Source: the human T2T-CHM13v2.0 reference genome, Homo sapiens
Direction: 5' to 3' (one strand)
Assembly (NCBI RefSeq): GCF_009914755.1
Contig: NC_060933.1
Length of the DNA stretch: 64,000 nucleotides
Every line of letters starts with the position of its first letter. Position 1 is the first letter of the stretch. Under the pieces are notes generated by a model, which ran no database searches, was not told the DNA's origin, and saw nothing but the letters and a program-made list of their open reading frames with translations. A program made the translations under genes and the position numbers. Below are positions 27,305 through 40,300 of this stretch, piece by piece.

Positions 27305-30300
27305 TTCCATTCCATTCCATTCCATTCCATTCAAATTCCATTCCACTCCATTCCAATCGAGTTGATTCCATTCCATTCCGTTCCATTCCTTTCCACTCCA
27401 TTCCAGTCCTTTCCATTCCATTCCACTCTGGTTGATTCCATTCTATTCATTTCCATTCCATTCCATTCCATTGCAATCGAGTTGATTCCATTGTTTTGCA
27501 TTCCATTCCATTCCATTCCATTCCGGATGATTCCATTCCATTGCATTCCATTCCATTCCATTCCCCTGCACTCGGGTTCATTACATTCCATTCCATTCCC
27601 TTCCATTCCTTTCCATTCCATTCCATTCCATTCTATTCGGGTTAATTCCATTCCATTGCACTCCATTCCATTCCATTTAATTCCATTCCATTGCAATCGA
27701 GTTGATTCCATTCTATTCCATTCCATTCCTTTCCGGATGATTCCATTCCATTCCATTCCATTCGAATCCATTCCATTGCACTCGGGTTGATTCCATTAAA
27801 TTCCATTCCATTCCATTCCAGTCCGTTCCGTTCCATTCCATTCCATTCCATTCTATTCGGGTTAATTCCATTCCATTCCATTCAATTCCTTTCCAATCCA
27901 TACCATTCAAATTCCATTCCACTCCATTCCAATCGAGTTGATTCCATTCCATTCCGTTCCATTCCATTCCATTCCATTCCAGTCCTTTCCATTCCATTCC
28001 ACTCGGGGTGATTCCATTCTATTCATATCCATTCCATTCCATTCCCTTGCAATTGAGTTGATTCCTTTGTTTTGCATTCCATTCCATTCCATTCCATTCC
28101 ATTCCGGATGATTCCATTCCATTGTATTCCATTCCATTCCATTCCCCTGCACTCGGTTTGATTCCATTTCATTCCACTCCATTCTGTTCCATTCCATTCC
28201 ATTCCATTGTATTTGGGTTAATTCCATTCCATTCCATTCCATTCCATTCCATTCCATTCCATTACAATCGAGTTGATTCCATTCCATTCCTTTCCATTCC
28301 ATTCGATTCCATTCCATTCCCCTGCACTCGCGTTGATTCCATTCCATTTCATTCCATTACATTCCGTTCCATTCCATTCCATTCCATTCTATTCGGGTTA
28401 ATTCCATTCCATTCCATTAAAATTCCATTCCATTCCATTCCATTGCAATCGAGTTGATTCCATTCCATTCCATTCCATTCCATTCCATTCCAATCGATTT
28501 GATTCCATTCCATTCCATTGCATTGCACTCCATTCCAGTCCTTTCCATTCCATTCCACTCGGGTTGATTCCATTCTATTCCTTTCCATTCCATTCCATTC
28601 CATTGCAATCGAGTTGATTCCTTTCGAGTTGAATCCATTCCATTCCATTCCATTCCATTACATTGCACACGGGTTCATTCCATTCCATTCCATTCCATTC
28701 CATTCCATTCCATTCCATTCCATGCCATTCCATTCCATTTCATTCCATTCCATTCTATTCCGTACCATTCCATTCCATCCCATTCCATTCCATTCCATTC
28801 CATGCCATTACACTCGGGTTGATTCCATTCCTTTCTATTCCATTCTTGTTGAATCCATTCCATTCCATTCCATTATATTCGAATCCATTCCATTCCATTC
28901 CAATCCATTCCATTGCACTCGGTTTGATTCCATTCCATTCCATTCCATTCCATTTCATTCCATTCCCTTCCATTTCATCCGGACTGATTCTATTCAATTC
29001 CCTTACACTCCATTACATTCCATTCCATTCGGGATGTTTCCATTCCATTCCATTCCATTGCATCGGGTTCATTCCATTCCATTCCATTCCATTCCATTCC
29101 GGATGATTCCATTCCATTGCATTCAATTCCATTCCATTCCCCTGCACTCGGGTTGATTACATTCCATTCCATTCCCTTCCATTCCTTTCCATTCCAATCC
29201 ATTCCATTCTATTCGGGTTAATTCCATTCCATTCCACTCCATTCTATTCCATTCCATTCCATTCCATTCCATTCCATTCCATTCCATTCCATTTCAATCG
29301 ACTTGATTCCATTCCATTGCATTCCATTCCGTTCCGGATGATTCCATTCCATTGCATTCCATTACAATCCCTTCCCGTGCAGTCGGGTTGATTCCATTCC
29401 ATTCCATTCCATTCCACTCCATTCCGTTCCGTTCCATTCCATTCCATTCCTTTCCATTCTATTCGGGTTAATTCCATTCCATTCCATTCCATTCCATTCC
29501 ATTCCATTCCATTCCATTCCATTCAAATTCCATTCCACTCCATTCCAATCGAGTTTATTCCATTTTATTCCGTTCCATTCCATTCCACTCCATTCCAGTC
29601 CTTTCCATTCCATTCCTCTCGGGTTGATTCCATTCTATTCATTTCCATTCCATTCCATTCCATTGCAATCGAGTTGATTCCATTGTTTTGCATTCCATTC
29701 CATTCCATTCCATTCCGTTCCGTTCCGTTCCATTCCATTCCATTCCATTCTATTCGGGTTAATTCCATTCCAATCCATTCCATTCCATTCCAATCGAGTT
29801 GATTCCATTCCATTCCATTCCATTCCATTCCACTCCATTCCAGTCCTTTCCATTCCATTCCACTCGGGTTGATTCCAATGTATTCCTTTCCATTCCATTC
29901 CATTCCATTGCAATCGAGTTGATTCCATTGCTTTGCATTCCATTCCATTCCATTCCATTCCGGATGATTCCATTCCATTGCATTCCATTCCATTGCATTC
30001 TCCTGCACTCGGGTTGATTCCATTCCATTCCACTCCATTCCGTTCCATTCCTTTCCATTCCATTGTATTCGGGTTAATTCCATTCCATTCCATTCCATTC
30101 CATTCCATTCCATTACAATCGAGTTGATTCCATTCCATTCCATTCCATTCCAGTCCTTTCCATTCCATTCCACTCGGGTTGATTCCATTCTATTAGTTTC
30201 CATTCCATTCCATTCCCTTCCATTCCACTCTGGTTGATACCATTTCTTTCCATTCCACTCGAATACATTCTCTCCTATTCCACTCGGAACGATTCCATTC

Positions 30301-32112
30301 CATTCCATTCCATTCCATTCCATTCCATTCCATTCCATTCCATTCCATTCCATTCCATTTCTTTCCATTCCATTCTATTCCGTATCATTCCATTCCATTC
30401 CATTCCATTCCATTCCATTCCATTCCATTCCATTGTACTCAGGTTGATTCAATTCCATTGCATTCCATTCCATTCCATTCCATTCCATTCCATTCCATTC
30501 CATTCCGTTGCATTCCATTCCATTACATTCGGATTGATTCTATTCAACTCCCTTACTCTCCATTACATTCCATTCCATTCGGGTTGTTCCATTCCATTCC
30601 ATTCCATTCCACTCCATTCCATTGCACTCGGGTTGATTCCATTCCATTCCATTCCATTCCATTCCATTCCATTCCATTCCGGATGATTCCATTCCATTGC
30701 ATTCCGTTCCATTACATTCCCCTTCACTCGCGTTGATTCCATTCCATTCCATTCCATTCCATTCAATTGCATTCCATTACAATTCGTTCCATTCCATTCT
30801 ATTCCGTACCATTCTATTCCATTCCATACCATTCCATTCCATTCCATTCCATTCCATTCCGTTCCATTCCGTTCCATTCCATTCCATTCCATTCTATTCA
30901 GATTAATTCCATTCCATTCCATTCCATTCCATTCTATTCCATTCCATTGCAATCGAGTTGAATCCATTGCATTTCATTCCATTCCATTCCATTCCATTCC
31001 ATTCCGGAAGATTGCATTCCATTGCATTCCATTCCATTCCATTCCCCTGCACTCGCGTTGATTCCATTCCATTCCATTCCATTCCATTCCATTCCGTTCC
31101 GTTCCATTCCATTCCATTCCATTCTATTCCGTTCCGTTCCATTCCATTCCATTCCATTCTATTCGGGTTAATTCCATTCCATTCCATTCGATTGCAATCG
31201 AGTTGATTCCATTCCATTCCATTCCATTCCATTCCATTCCATTCCATTCCATTCCATTCCTTTCCATTCCATTACGGATGATTCCATTACATTGCATTCC
31301 ATTCCATTCCATTCCCCTGTACTCGGGTTGATTCCATTCCATTCCATTCCAATCCATGCCATTCCACTCGTGTTGATTCCATTCTTTCCATTCCATTCAA
31401 GTTGAATCCATTCCATTGCATTGCATTCCATTTGATTCCATTCGATTGCACTCGGGTTGATTCCATTCCATTGCATTCCATTCCATTCCATTCCATTCCA
31501 TTCCATTCCGTTCCGTTCCATTCCATTCCATTACATTCGGATTGATTCTATTCAATTCCCTTACACTCCATTACATTCCATTCCATTCGGGTAGTTTCCA
31601 TTCCATTCCATTCCATTCCATTCCTCTCCATTCCATTGCACTCGGGTTGATTCCATTCCATTGTATTCCATTCCATTCCATTCAATTCCATTCCGTTCCA
31701 TTCCATTCCATTACATTCGGATTGATTCTATTCAACTCCGTTACTCTCCATTACATTCCATTCCATTCGGGTTGTTCCATTCCATTCCATTCCATTCCAC
31801 TCCATTCCATTGCACTCGGGTTGATTCCATTCCATTCCATTCCATTCCATTCCATTCCGGAAGATTCCATTCCATTGCATTCCATTCCATTCCATTCCCC
31901 TGCACTCGCGTTGATTCCATTCCATTCCATTCTATTCCATTCCATTCCCTTCCTTTCCGTTCCATTCCATTCCATTCCATTCCATTCCGTTCCGTTCCAT
32001 TCCATTCCATTCCATTCTCTTCGGGTTAATTCCATTCCATTCCATTCGATTGCAATCGAGTTGATTCCATTCCATTCCATTCCATTCCATTCCATTCCAT
32101 TCCATTCCATTC
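27305..32112 (+). repeat. Older block, copy C/A' (recopied at +14902)
   Basis: Colinear with ~17231-22028 and shares private variants with copy A (TTTCATCCGGACTG, CCATTTTATTCCG, CATTGCATTGCACTCC). Confidence 0.85.
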
Positions 32113-33270
32113 CATTCCATTCCATTCCAATCGAGTTGATTCCATTCCATTCCATTCCATTCCATTCCACTCCATTCCAGTCCTTTCCATTCCATTCCAC
32201 TCGGGTTGATTCCAATGTATTCCTTTCCATTCCATTCCATTCCATTCCATTGCAATCGAGTTGATTCCATTGCTTTGCATTCCATTCCATTCCATTCCAT
32301 TCCGGATGATTCCATTCCATTGCATTCCATTCCATTCCATTCCCCGGCACTCGGGTTGATTCCATTCCATTCCACTCCTTTCCGTTCCATTCCATTCCAT
32401 TCCATTGTATTCGGGTTAATTCCAATCCATTCCATTCCATTCCATTCCATTCCATTACAATCTGGTTGATTCCATTCCATTCCATTCCATTCCAGTCCTT
32501 TACATTCCATTCCACTCGGGTTGATTCCATTCTATTAGTTTCCATTCCATTCCATTCCCTTCCATTCCACTCTGGTTGATACCATTCCTTTCCATTCCAC
32601 TCGAATACATTCCCTCCTATTCCACTCGGAACGATTCCATTCCATTCCATTCCATTCCATTCCATTCCATTCCATTCCATTCCATTGTACTCGGGTTGAT
32701 TCAATTCCATTGCATTCCATTCCATTCCATTCCATTCGATTCCGTTGCATTCCATTCCATTACATTGGGATTGATTCTATTCAACTCCCTTACTCTCCAT
32801 TACATTCCACTCCATTCGCGTTGTTCCATTCCATTCCATTCCATTCCACTCTATTCCATTGCACTCGGGTTGATTCCATTCCATTCCATTCCATTCCATT
32901 CCATTCCATTCCGGATGATTCCATTCCATTGCATTCCGTTCCATTACATTCCCCTGCACTCGCGTTGATTCCATTCCATTCCATTCCATTCCATTCAATT
33001 CCATTCCATTACGATTCGTTCCATTCCATTCTATTCCGTACCATTCCATTCCATTCCATACGATTCCATTCCATTCCATTCAATTCAATTCCATTCCGTT
33101 CCATTCCGTTCCATTCCATTCCATTGCAATCGAGTTGAATCCATTGCATTTCATTCCATTCCATTCCATTCCATTCCATTCCGGAAGATTCCATTCCATT
33201 GCATTCCATTCCATTCCATTCCCCTGCACTCGCGTTGATTCCATTCCATTCCATTCCATTCCATTCCATT

Positions 33271-33305
33271 CCGTTCCGTTCCGTTCCGTTCCGTTCCGTT
33301 CCGTT
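33271..33305 (+). repeat. (CCGTT)7 variant-pentamer run (also 48173-48207)
   Basis: Seven consecutive CCGTT units read directly from the sequence. Confidence 0.9.
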
Positions 33306-34845
33306 CCATTCCATTCCATTCCATTCCATTCCATTCCGTTCCGTTCCATTCCATTCCATTCCATTCTATTCGGGTTCATTCCATTCCATTCCATTTGATT
33401 GCAATCGAGTTGATTCCATTCCATTCCATTCCATTCCATTCCATTCCATTCCATTCCTTTCCATTCCATTACGGATGATTCCATTCCATTGCATTCTATT
33501 CCATTCCATTCCCCTGTACTCGGGTTGATTCCATCCCATTCCATTCCAATCCATGCCATTCCACTCGTGTTGATTCCATTCTTTCCATTCCATTCAAGTT
33601 GAATCCATTCCATTGCATTCCATTCCATTCGATTCCATTCGATTGCACTCGGGTTGATTCCATTCCATTGCATTCCATTCCATTCCATTCCATTCCATTC
33701 CATTCCATTCCATTCCTTTCCGTTCCATTCCATTCCATTCCATTCCATTCCATTCCAATCCATTCCATTCCGTTCCATTCCGTTACATTCCATTCCATTC
33801 CATTCTATTCGGGTTAATTCCATTCAATTCCATTTGATTGCAATCGAGTGGATTCCATTCCATTCCATTCCATTCCATTCCATTCCATTCCTTTCCATTC
33901 CATTACGGATGATTCCATTCCATTGCATTCCATTCCATTCCATTCCATTCTATTCGGGTTAATTCCATTCCATTCCATTCCATTCCATTCCATTCCAATC
34001 GAGTTGATTCCATTCCATTCCATAACGTTCCATTCCACTCCATTCCAGTCCTTTCCATTCAATTCCTCTCGGATTGATTCCATTCTATTAGTTTCCATTC
34101 CATTCCATTCCATTCCCTTCCATTCCACTCTGGTTGATTCCATTCCTTTCCATTCCACTCGAATACATTCCCTCCTATTCCACTCGGAACGATTCCATTC
34201 CATTCTATTCCATTCCATTCCATTCCATTCCATTCCATTTCGTTCCATTCCATTCTATTCCGTATCATTCCATTCCATTCCATTCCATTCCATTCCATTC
34301 CATTCCATTCCATTGTACTCGGGTTGATTCAATTCCATTGCATTCCATTCCATTCCATTCCATTCCATTCCGTTGCATTCCATTCCATTACATTCGGATT
34401 GATTCTATTCAACTCCCTTACTCTCCATTACATTCCATTCCATTCGGGTTGTTCCATTCCATTCCATTCCATTCCACTCCATTCCATTGCACTCGGGTTG
34501 ATTCCATTTCATTCCATTCCATTCCATTCCATTCCATTCCGGATGATTCCATTCCATTGCATTCCGTTCCATTACATTCCCCTGCACTCGCGTTGATTCC
34601 ATTCCATTCCATTCAATTCCTTTCCATTACAATTCGTTCCATTCCATTCTGTTCCGTACCATTCCATTCCATTCCATACCATTCCATTCCATTCCATTCC
34701 ATTCCATTCCGTTCCATTCCGTTCCATTCCATTCCATTCCATTCTATTCGAATTAATTCCATTCCATTCCATTCTATTCCATTCCATTGCAATCGAGTTG
34801 AATCCATTGCATTTCATTCCATTCCATTCCATTCCATTCCATTCC

Positions 34846-34860
34846 ATTCCGGAAGCTTCC
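34846..34860. promoter_or_regulatory. HSE variant ATTCCGGAAGCTTCC containing palindrome GGAAGCTTCC and a HindIII site (also 49748-49762)
   Basis: Read directly. The substitution falls in an 'n' position, so TTC-nn-GAA-nn-TTC is preserved. Confidence 0.55.
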
Positions 34861-37355
34861 ATTCCATTGCATTCCATTCCATTCCATTCCCCTGCACTCG
34901 CGTTGATTCCATTCCATTCCATTCCATTCCATTCCATTCCATTCCGTTCCGTTCCATTCCATTCCATTCCATTCCATTCCATTCCATTCATTTCCATTCC
35001 ATTACGGATGATTCCATTCCATTGCATTCCATTCCATTAAATTCCCCTGTACTCGGGTTGATTCCATTCCATTCCATTCCAAGCCATGCCATTCCACTCG
35101 TGTTAATTCCATTCTTTCCATTCCATTCAAGTTGAATCCATTCCATTGCATTCCATTCCATTCGATTCCATTCGATTGCACTCGGGTTGATTCCATTCCT
35201 TTGCATTCCATTCCTTTCCATTCCATTCCATTCCATTCCATTCCATTCCATTCCATTACATTCGGATTGATTCTATTCAATTCCCTTACACTCCATTACA
35301 TTCCATTCCATTCGGGTAGTTTCCATTCCATTCCATTCCATTCCTCTCCATTCCATTGCACTCGGGTTGATTCCATTCCATTGCATTCCATTCCATTCCA
35401 TTCAATTCCATTCCGTTCCATTCCATTCCATTACATTCGGATTGATTCTATTCAACTCCCTTACTCTCCATTACATTCCATTCCATTCGGGTTGTTCCAT
35501 TCAATTCCATTCCATTTCACTCCATTCCTTTGCACTCGGGTTGATTCCATTCCATTCCATTCCATTGCATTCCATTCCATTCCATTCCATTGCATTCCAT
35601 TCCATTCCATTCCGGATGATTCCATTCCATTGCATTCCATTCCATTCCATTCCCCTGCACTCGGGTTGATTCCATTCCATTCCATTCCATTACATTCCGT
35701 TCCATTCCATTCCATTCCATTCGGATTGATTCCATTCAATTCCCTTACACTCCATTACATTCCATTCCATTCGGGTAGTTTCCATTCCATTCCATTCCAT
35801 TCCTCTCCATTCCATTGCACTCGGGTTGATTCCATTCCATTCCATTCCATTCCATTACATTACATTCCATTCCATTCCATTCCGTTCCATTGTACTCGGG
35901 TTGATTCCATTCCATTGCATTCCATTCCATTCCATTCCATTCCATTCCATTCCATTCCGTTCCATTCCATTATATTCGGATTGATTCTATTCAACTCCCT
36001 TACTCTCCATTACATTCCATTCCATTCGGGTTGTTCCATTCCATTCCATTCCATTCCACTCTATTCCATTGCGCTCGGGTTGATTCCATTCCATTCCATT
36101 CCATTCCATTCCATTCCGGATGATTCCATTCCATTGCATTCCGTTCCATTACATTCCCCTGCACTCGGGTTGATTCCATTCCATTCCATTCCATTCCATT
36201 CCATTCGATTCCATTCCATTCCAATTCTTTCCATTCCATTCTATTCCGTACCATTCCATTCCATTCCATACATTTCCATTCCATTCCATTCCACTCCGTT
36301 CCGTTCCGTTCCGTTCTGTTCCGTTCCATTCCATTCCATTCCATTCTATTCGGTTTAATTCCATTCCATTCCATTCCATTCCATTCCATTCCATTCTATT
36401 CCATTCCATTGCAATCGAGTTGAATCCATTGCATTCCACTCCATTCCATTCCATTCCATTCCATTCCATTCCATTCCATTCCCTTCCATTCCGTTACATT
36501 ACATTCGGATTGATTCTTTTCAACTCCCTTACTCTCCATTACATTCCATTCCATTCGGGTTGTTCCATTCCATTCCTTTCCATTCCACTCCATTCCATTG
36601 CACTCGGGTTGATTCATTTCCATTCCATTCCATTCCATTCCGGATGATTCCATTCCATTGCATTCCGTTACATTACGTTCCCCTGCACTCGGGTTGATTC
36701 CATTCCATTCCTTTCCATTCCATTCGATTCCATTCCATTCCCCTGCACTCGCGTTGATTCCATTCCATTCCATTCCGTTCCATTCCATTCCATTCCATTC
36801 CTTTCCGTTCCATTCCATTCCATTCCATTCCATTCCGTTCCATTGCATTCCATTCCATTCCATTCCTTTCCATTCCATTCCATTCCATTCCATTCTATTC
36901 GTGTTAATTCCATTCCATTCCATTCGATTGCAATCGAGTTGATTCCATTCCATTCCATTCCATTCCATTCCAGTCCTTTCCATTCCTTTCCATTCCATTA
37001 CTGATGATTCCATTCCATTGCATTCCATTCCATTCCATTCCCATGTACTCGGGTTGATTCCATTCCATTCCATTCCAATCCATGCCATTCCACTCGTGTT
37101 GATTCCATTCTTTCCTTTCCATTCAAGTTGAATCCATTCCATTGCATTCCATTCCATTCGATTCCATTCGATTGCACTCGGGTTGATTCCATTCCATTGC
37201 ATTCCATTCCATTCCATTCCATTCCATTCCATTCCATTCCCTTCCATTCCACTCTGGTTGATTCCATTCCTTTCCATTCCACTCGAATACATTCCCTCCT
37301 ATTCCACTCGGAACGATTCCATTCCATTCTATTCCATTCCATTCCATTCCATTCC

Positions 37356-40300
37356 ATTCCATTCCGTTCCATTCCATTCCATTACATTCGGATTGATTCT
37401 GTTCAACTCCCTTACTCTCCATTATATTCCATTCCATTCGGGTTGTTCCATTCCATTCCATTACATTCCACTCCATTCCATTGCACTCGGGTTTATTCCA
37501 TTCCATTCCATTCCATTCCATTCCATTCCATTCCATTCCTTTCCGTTCCATTCCATTCCATTCCATTCCGTTCCGTTCCATTCCATTCCATTCCATTCCA
37601 TTGCAATCGAGTTGATTCCATTCCATTACTTTCCATTCCATTCCGTTCCGGATGATTCCATTCCATTGCATTCCATTCCATTCCGTTCCCGTGCAGTCGG
37701 GTTGATTCCATTCCATTCCATTCCATTCCACTCCATTCCGTTCCGTTCCGTTCCATTCCATTCCATTCCATTCCATTCTATTCGGGTTAATTCCATTCCA
37801 TTCCATTCCATTCCATTCCATTCCATTCAAATTCCATTCCACTCCATTCCAATCGAGTTGATTCCATTCCATTCCGTTCCATTCCTTTCCACTCCATTCC
37901 AGTCCTTCCCATTCCATTCCACTCTGGTTGATTCCATTCTATTCATTTCCATTCCATTCCATTCCATTGCAATCGAGTTGATTCCATTGTTTTGCATTCC
38001 ATTCCATTCCATTCCATTCCGGATGATTCCATTCCATTGCATTCCATTCCATTCCATTCCCCTGCACTCTGGTTCATTACATTCCATTCCATTCCCTTCC
38101 ATTCCTTTCCATTCCATTCCATTCCATTCTATTCGGGTTAATTCCATTCCATTGCACTCCATTCCATTCCATTTAATTCCATTCCATTGCAATCGAGTTG
38201 ATTCCATTCTATTCCATTCCATTCCTTTCCGGATGATTCCATTCCATTCCATTCCATTCGAATCCATTCCATTGCACTCGGGTTGATTCCATTAAATTCC
38301 ATTCCATTCCATTCCAGTCCGTTCCGTTCCATTCCATTCCATTCCATTCTATTCGGGTTAATTCCATTCCATTCCATTCAATTCCTTTCCAATCCATACC
38401 ATTCAAATTCCATTCCACTCCATTCCAATCGAGTTGATTCCATTCCATTCCGTTCCATTCCATTCCATTCCATTCCAGTCCTTTCCATTCCATTCCACTC
38501 GGGGTGATTCCATTCTATTCATATCCATTCCATTCCATTCCCTTGCAATCGAGTTGATTCCTTTGTTGTGCATTCCATTCCATTCCATTCCATTCCGGAT
38601 GATTCCATTCCATTGTATTCCATTCCATTCCATTCCCCTGCACTCGGTTTGATTCCATTTCATTCCACTCCATTCTGTTCCATTCCATTCCATTCCGTTG
38701 TATTTGGGTTAATTCCATTCCATTCCATTCCATTCCATTCCATTCCATTCCATTACAATCGAGTTGATTCCATTCCATTCCTTTCCATTCCATTCGATTC
38801 CATTCCATTCCCCTGCACTCGCGTTGATTCCATTCCATTTCATTCCATTACATTCCATTCCATTCCATTCCATTCCATTCTATTCGGGTTAATTCCATTC
38901 CATTCCATTAAAATTCCATTCCATTCCATTCCATTGCAATCGAGTTGATTCCATTCCATTCCATTCCATTCCATTCCATTCCAATCGATTTGATTCCATT
39001 CCATTCCATTCCATTGCACTCCATTCCAGTCCTTTCCATTCCATTCCACTCGGGTTGATTCCATTCTATTCCTTTCCATTCCATTCCATTCCATTGCAAT
39101 CGAGTTGATTCCTTTCGAGTTGAATCCATTCCATTCCATTCCATTCCATTACATTGCACACGGGTTCATTCCATTCCATTCCATTCCATTCCATTCCATT
39201 CTATGCCATTCCATTCCATTTCATTCCATTCCATTCTATTCCGTACCATTCCATTCCATCCCATTCCATTCCATTCCATTCCATGCCATTACACTCGGGT
39301 TGATTCCATTCCTTTCCATTCCATTCTTGTTGAATCCATTCCATTCCATTCCATTATATTCGAATCCATTCCATTCCATTCCAATCCATTCCATTGCACT
39401 CGGTTTGATTCCATTCCATTCCATTCCATTCCATTTCATTCCATTCCCTTCCATTTCATTCGAACTGATTCTATTCAATTCCCTTACACTCCATTACATT
39501 CCATTCCATTCGGGATGTTTCCATTCCATTCCATTCCATTGCATCGGGTTCATTCCATTCCATTCCATTCCATTCCATTCCATTCCGGATGATTCCATTC
39601 CATTGCATTCAATTCCATTCCATTCCCCTGCACTCGGGTTGATTACATTCCATTCCATTCGCTTCCATTCCTTTCCATTCCAATCCATTCCATTCTATTC
39701 GGGTTAATTCCATTCCATTCCACTCCATTCCATTCCGTTCCATTCCATTCCATTCCATTCCATTTCAATCGACTTAATTCCATTCCATTGCATTCCATTC
39801 CGTTCCGGATGATTCCATTCCATTGCATTCCATTACAATCCCTTCCCGTGCAGTCGGGTTGATTCCATTCCATTCCATTCCATTCCACTCCATTCCGTTC
39901 CGTTCCATTCCATTCAATTCCATTCCATTCTATTCGGGTTAATTCCATTCCATTCCATTCCATTCCATTCCATTCCATTCCATTCCATTCAAATTCCATT
40001 CCACTCCATTCCAATCGAGTTTATTCCATTCCATTCCGTTCCATTCCATTCCACTCCATTCCAGTCCTTTCCATTCCATTCCTCTCGGGTTGATTCCATT
40101 CTATTCATTTCCATTCCATTCCATTCCATTGCAATCGAGTTGATTCCATTGTTTTGCATTCCATTCCATTCCATTCCATTCCGTTCCGTTCCGTTCCATT
40201 CCATTCCATTCTATTCGGGTTAATTCCATTCCATTCCATTCCATTCCATTCCAATCGAGTTGATTCCATTCCATTCCATTCCATTCCACTCCATTCCAGT

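Larger units (their letters stand above)
22454..37355 (+). repeat. 14,902-bp tandem duplication, copy 1
   Basis: Essentially every ORF between 22591 and 37122 recurs at exactly +14902 (e.g. 22591/37493, 29565/44467, 31751/46653, 35132/50034, 36904/51806). Left edge placed just after the TCAATT/TCCATT mismatch at 22453/37355. Confidence 0.95.
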
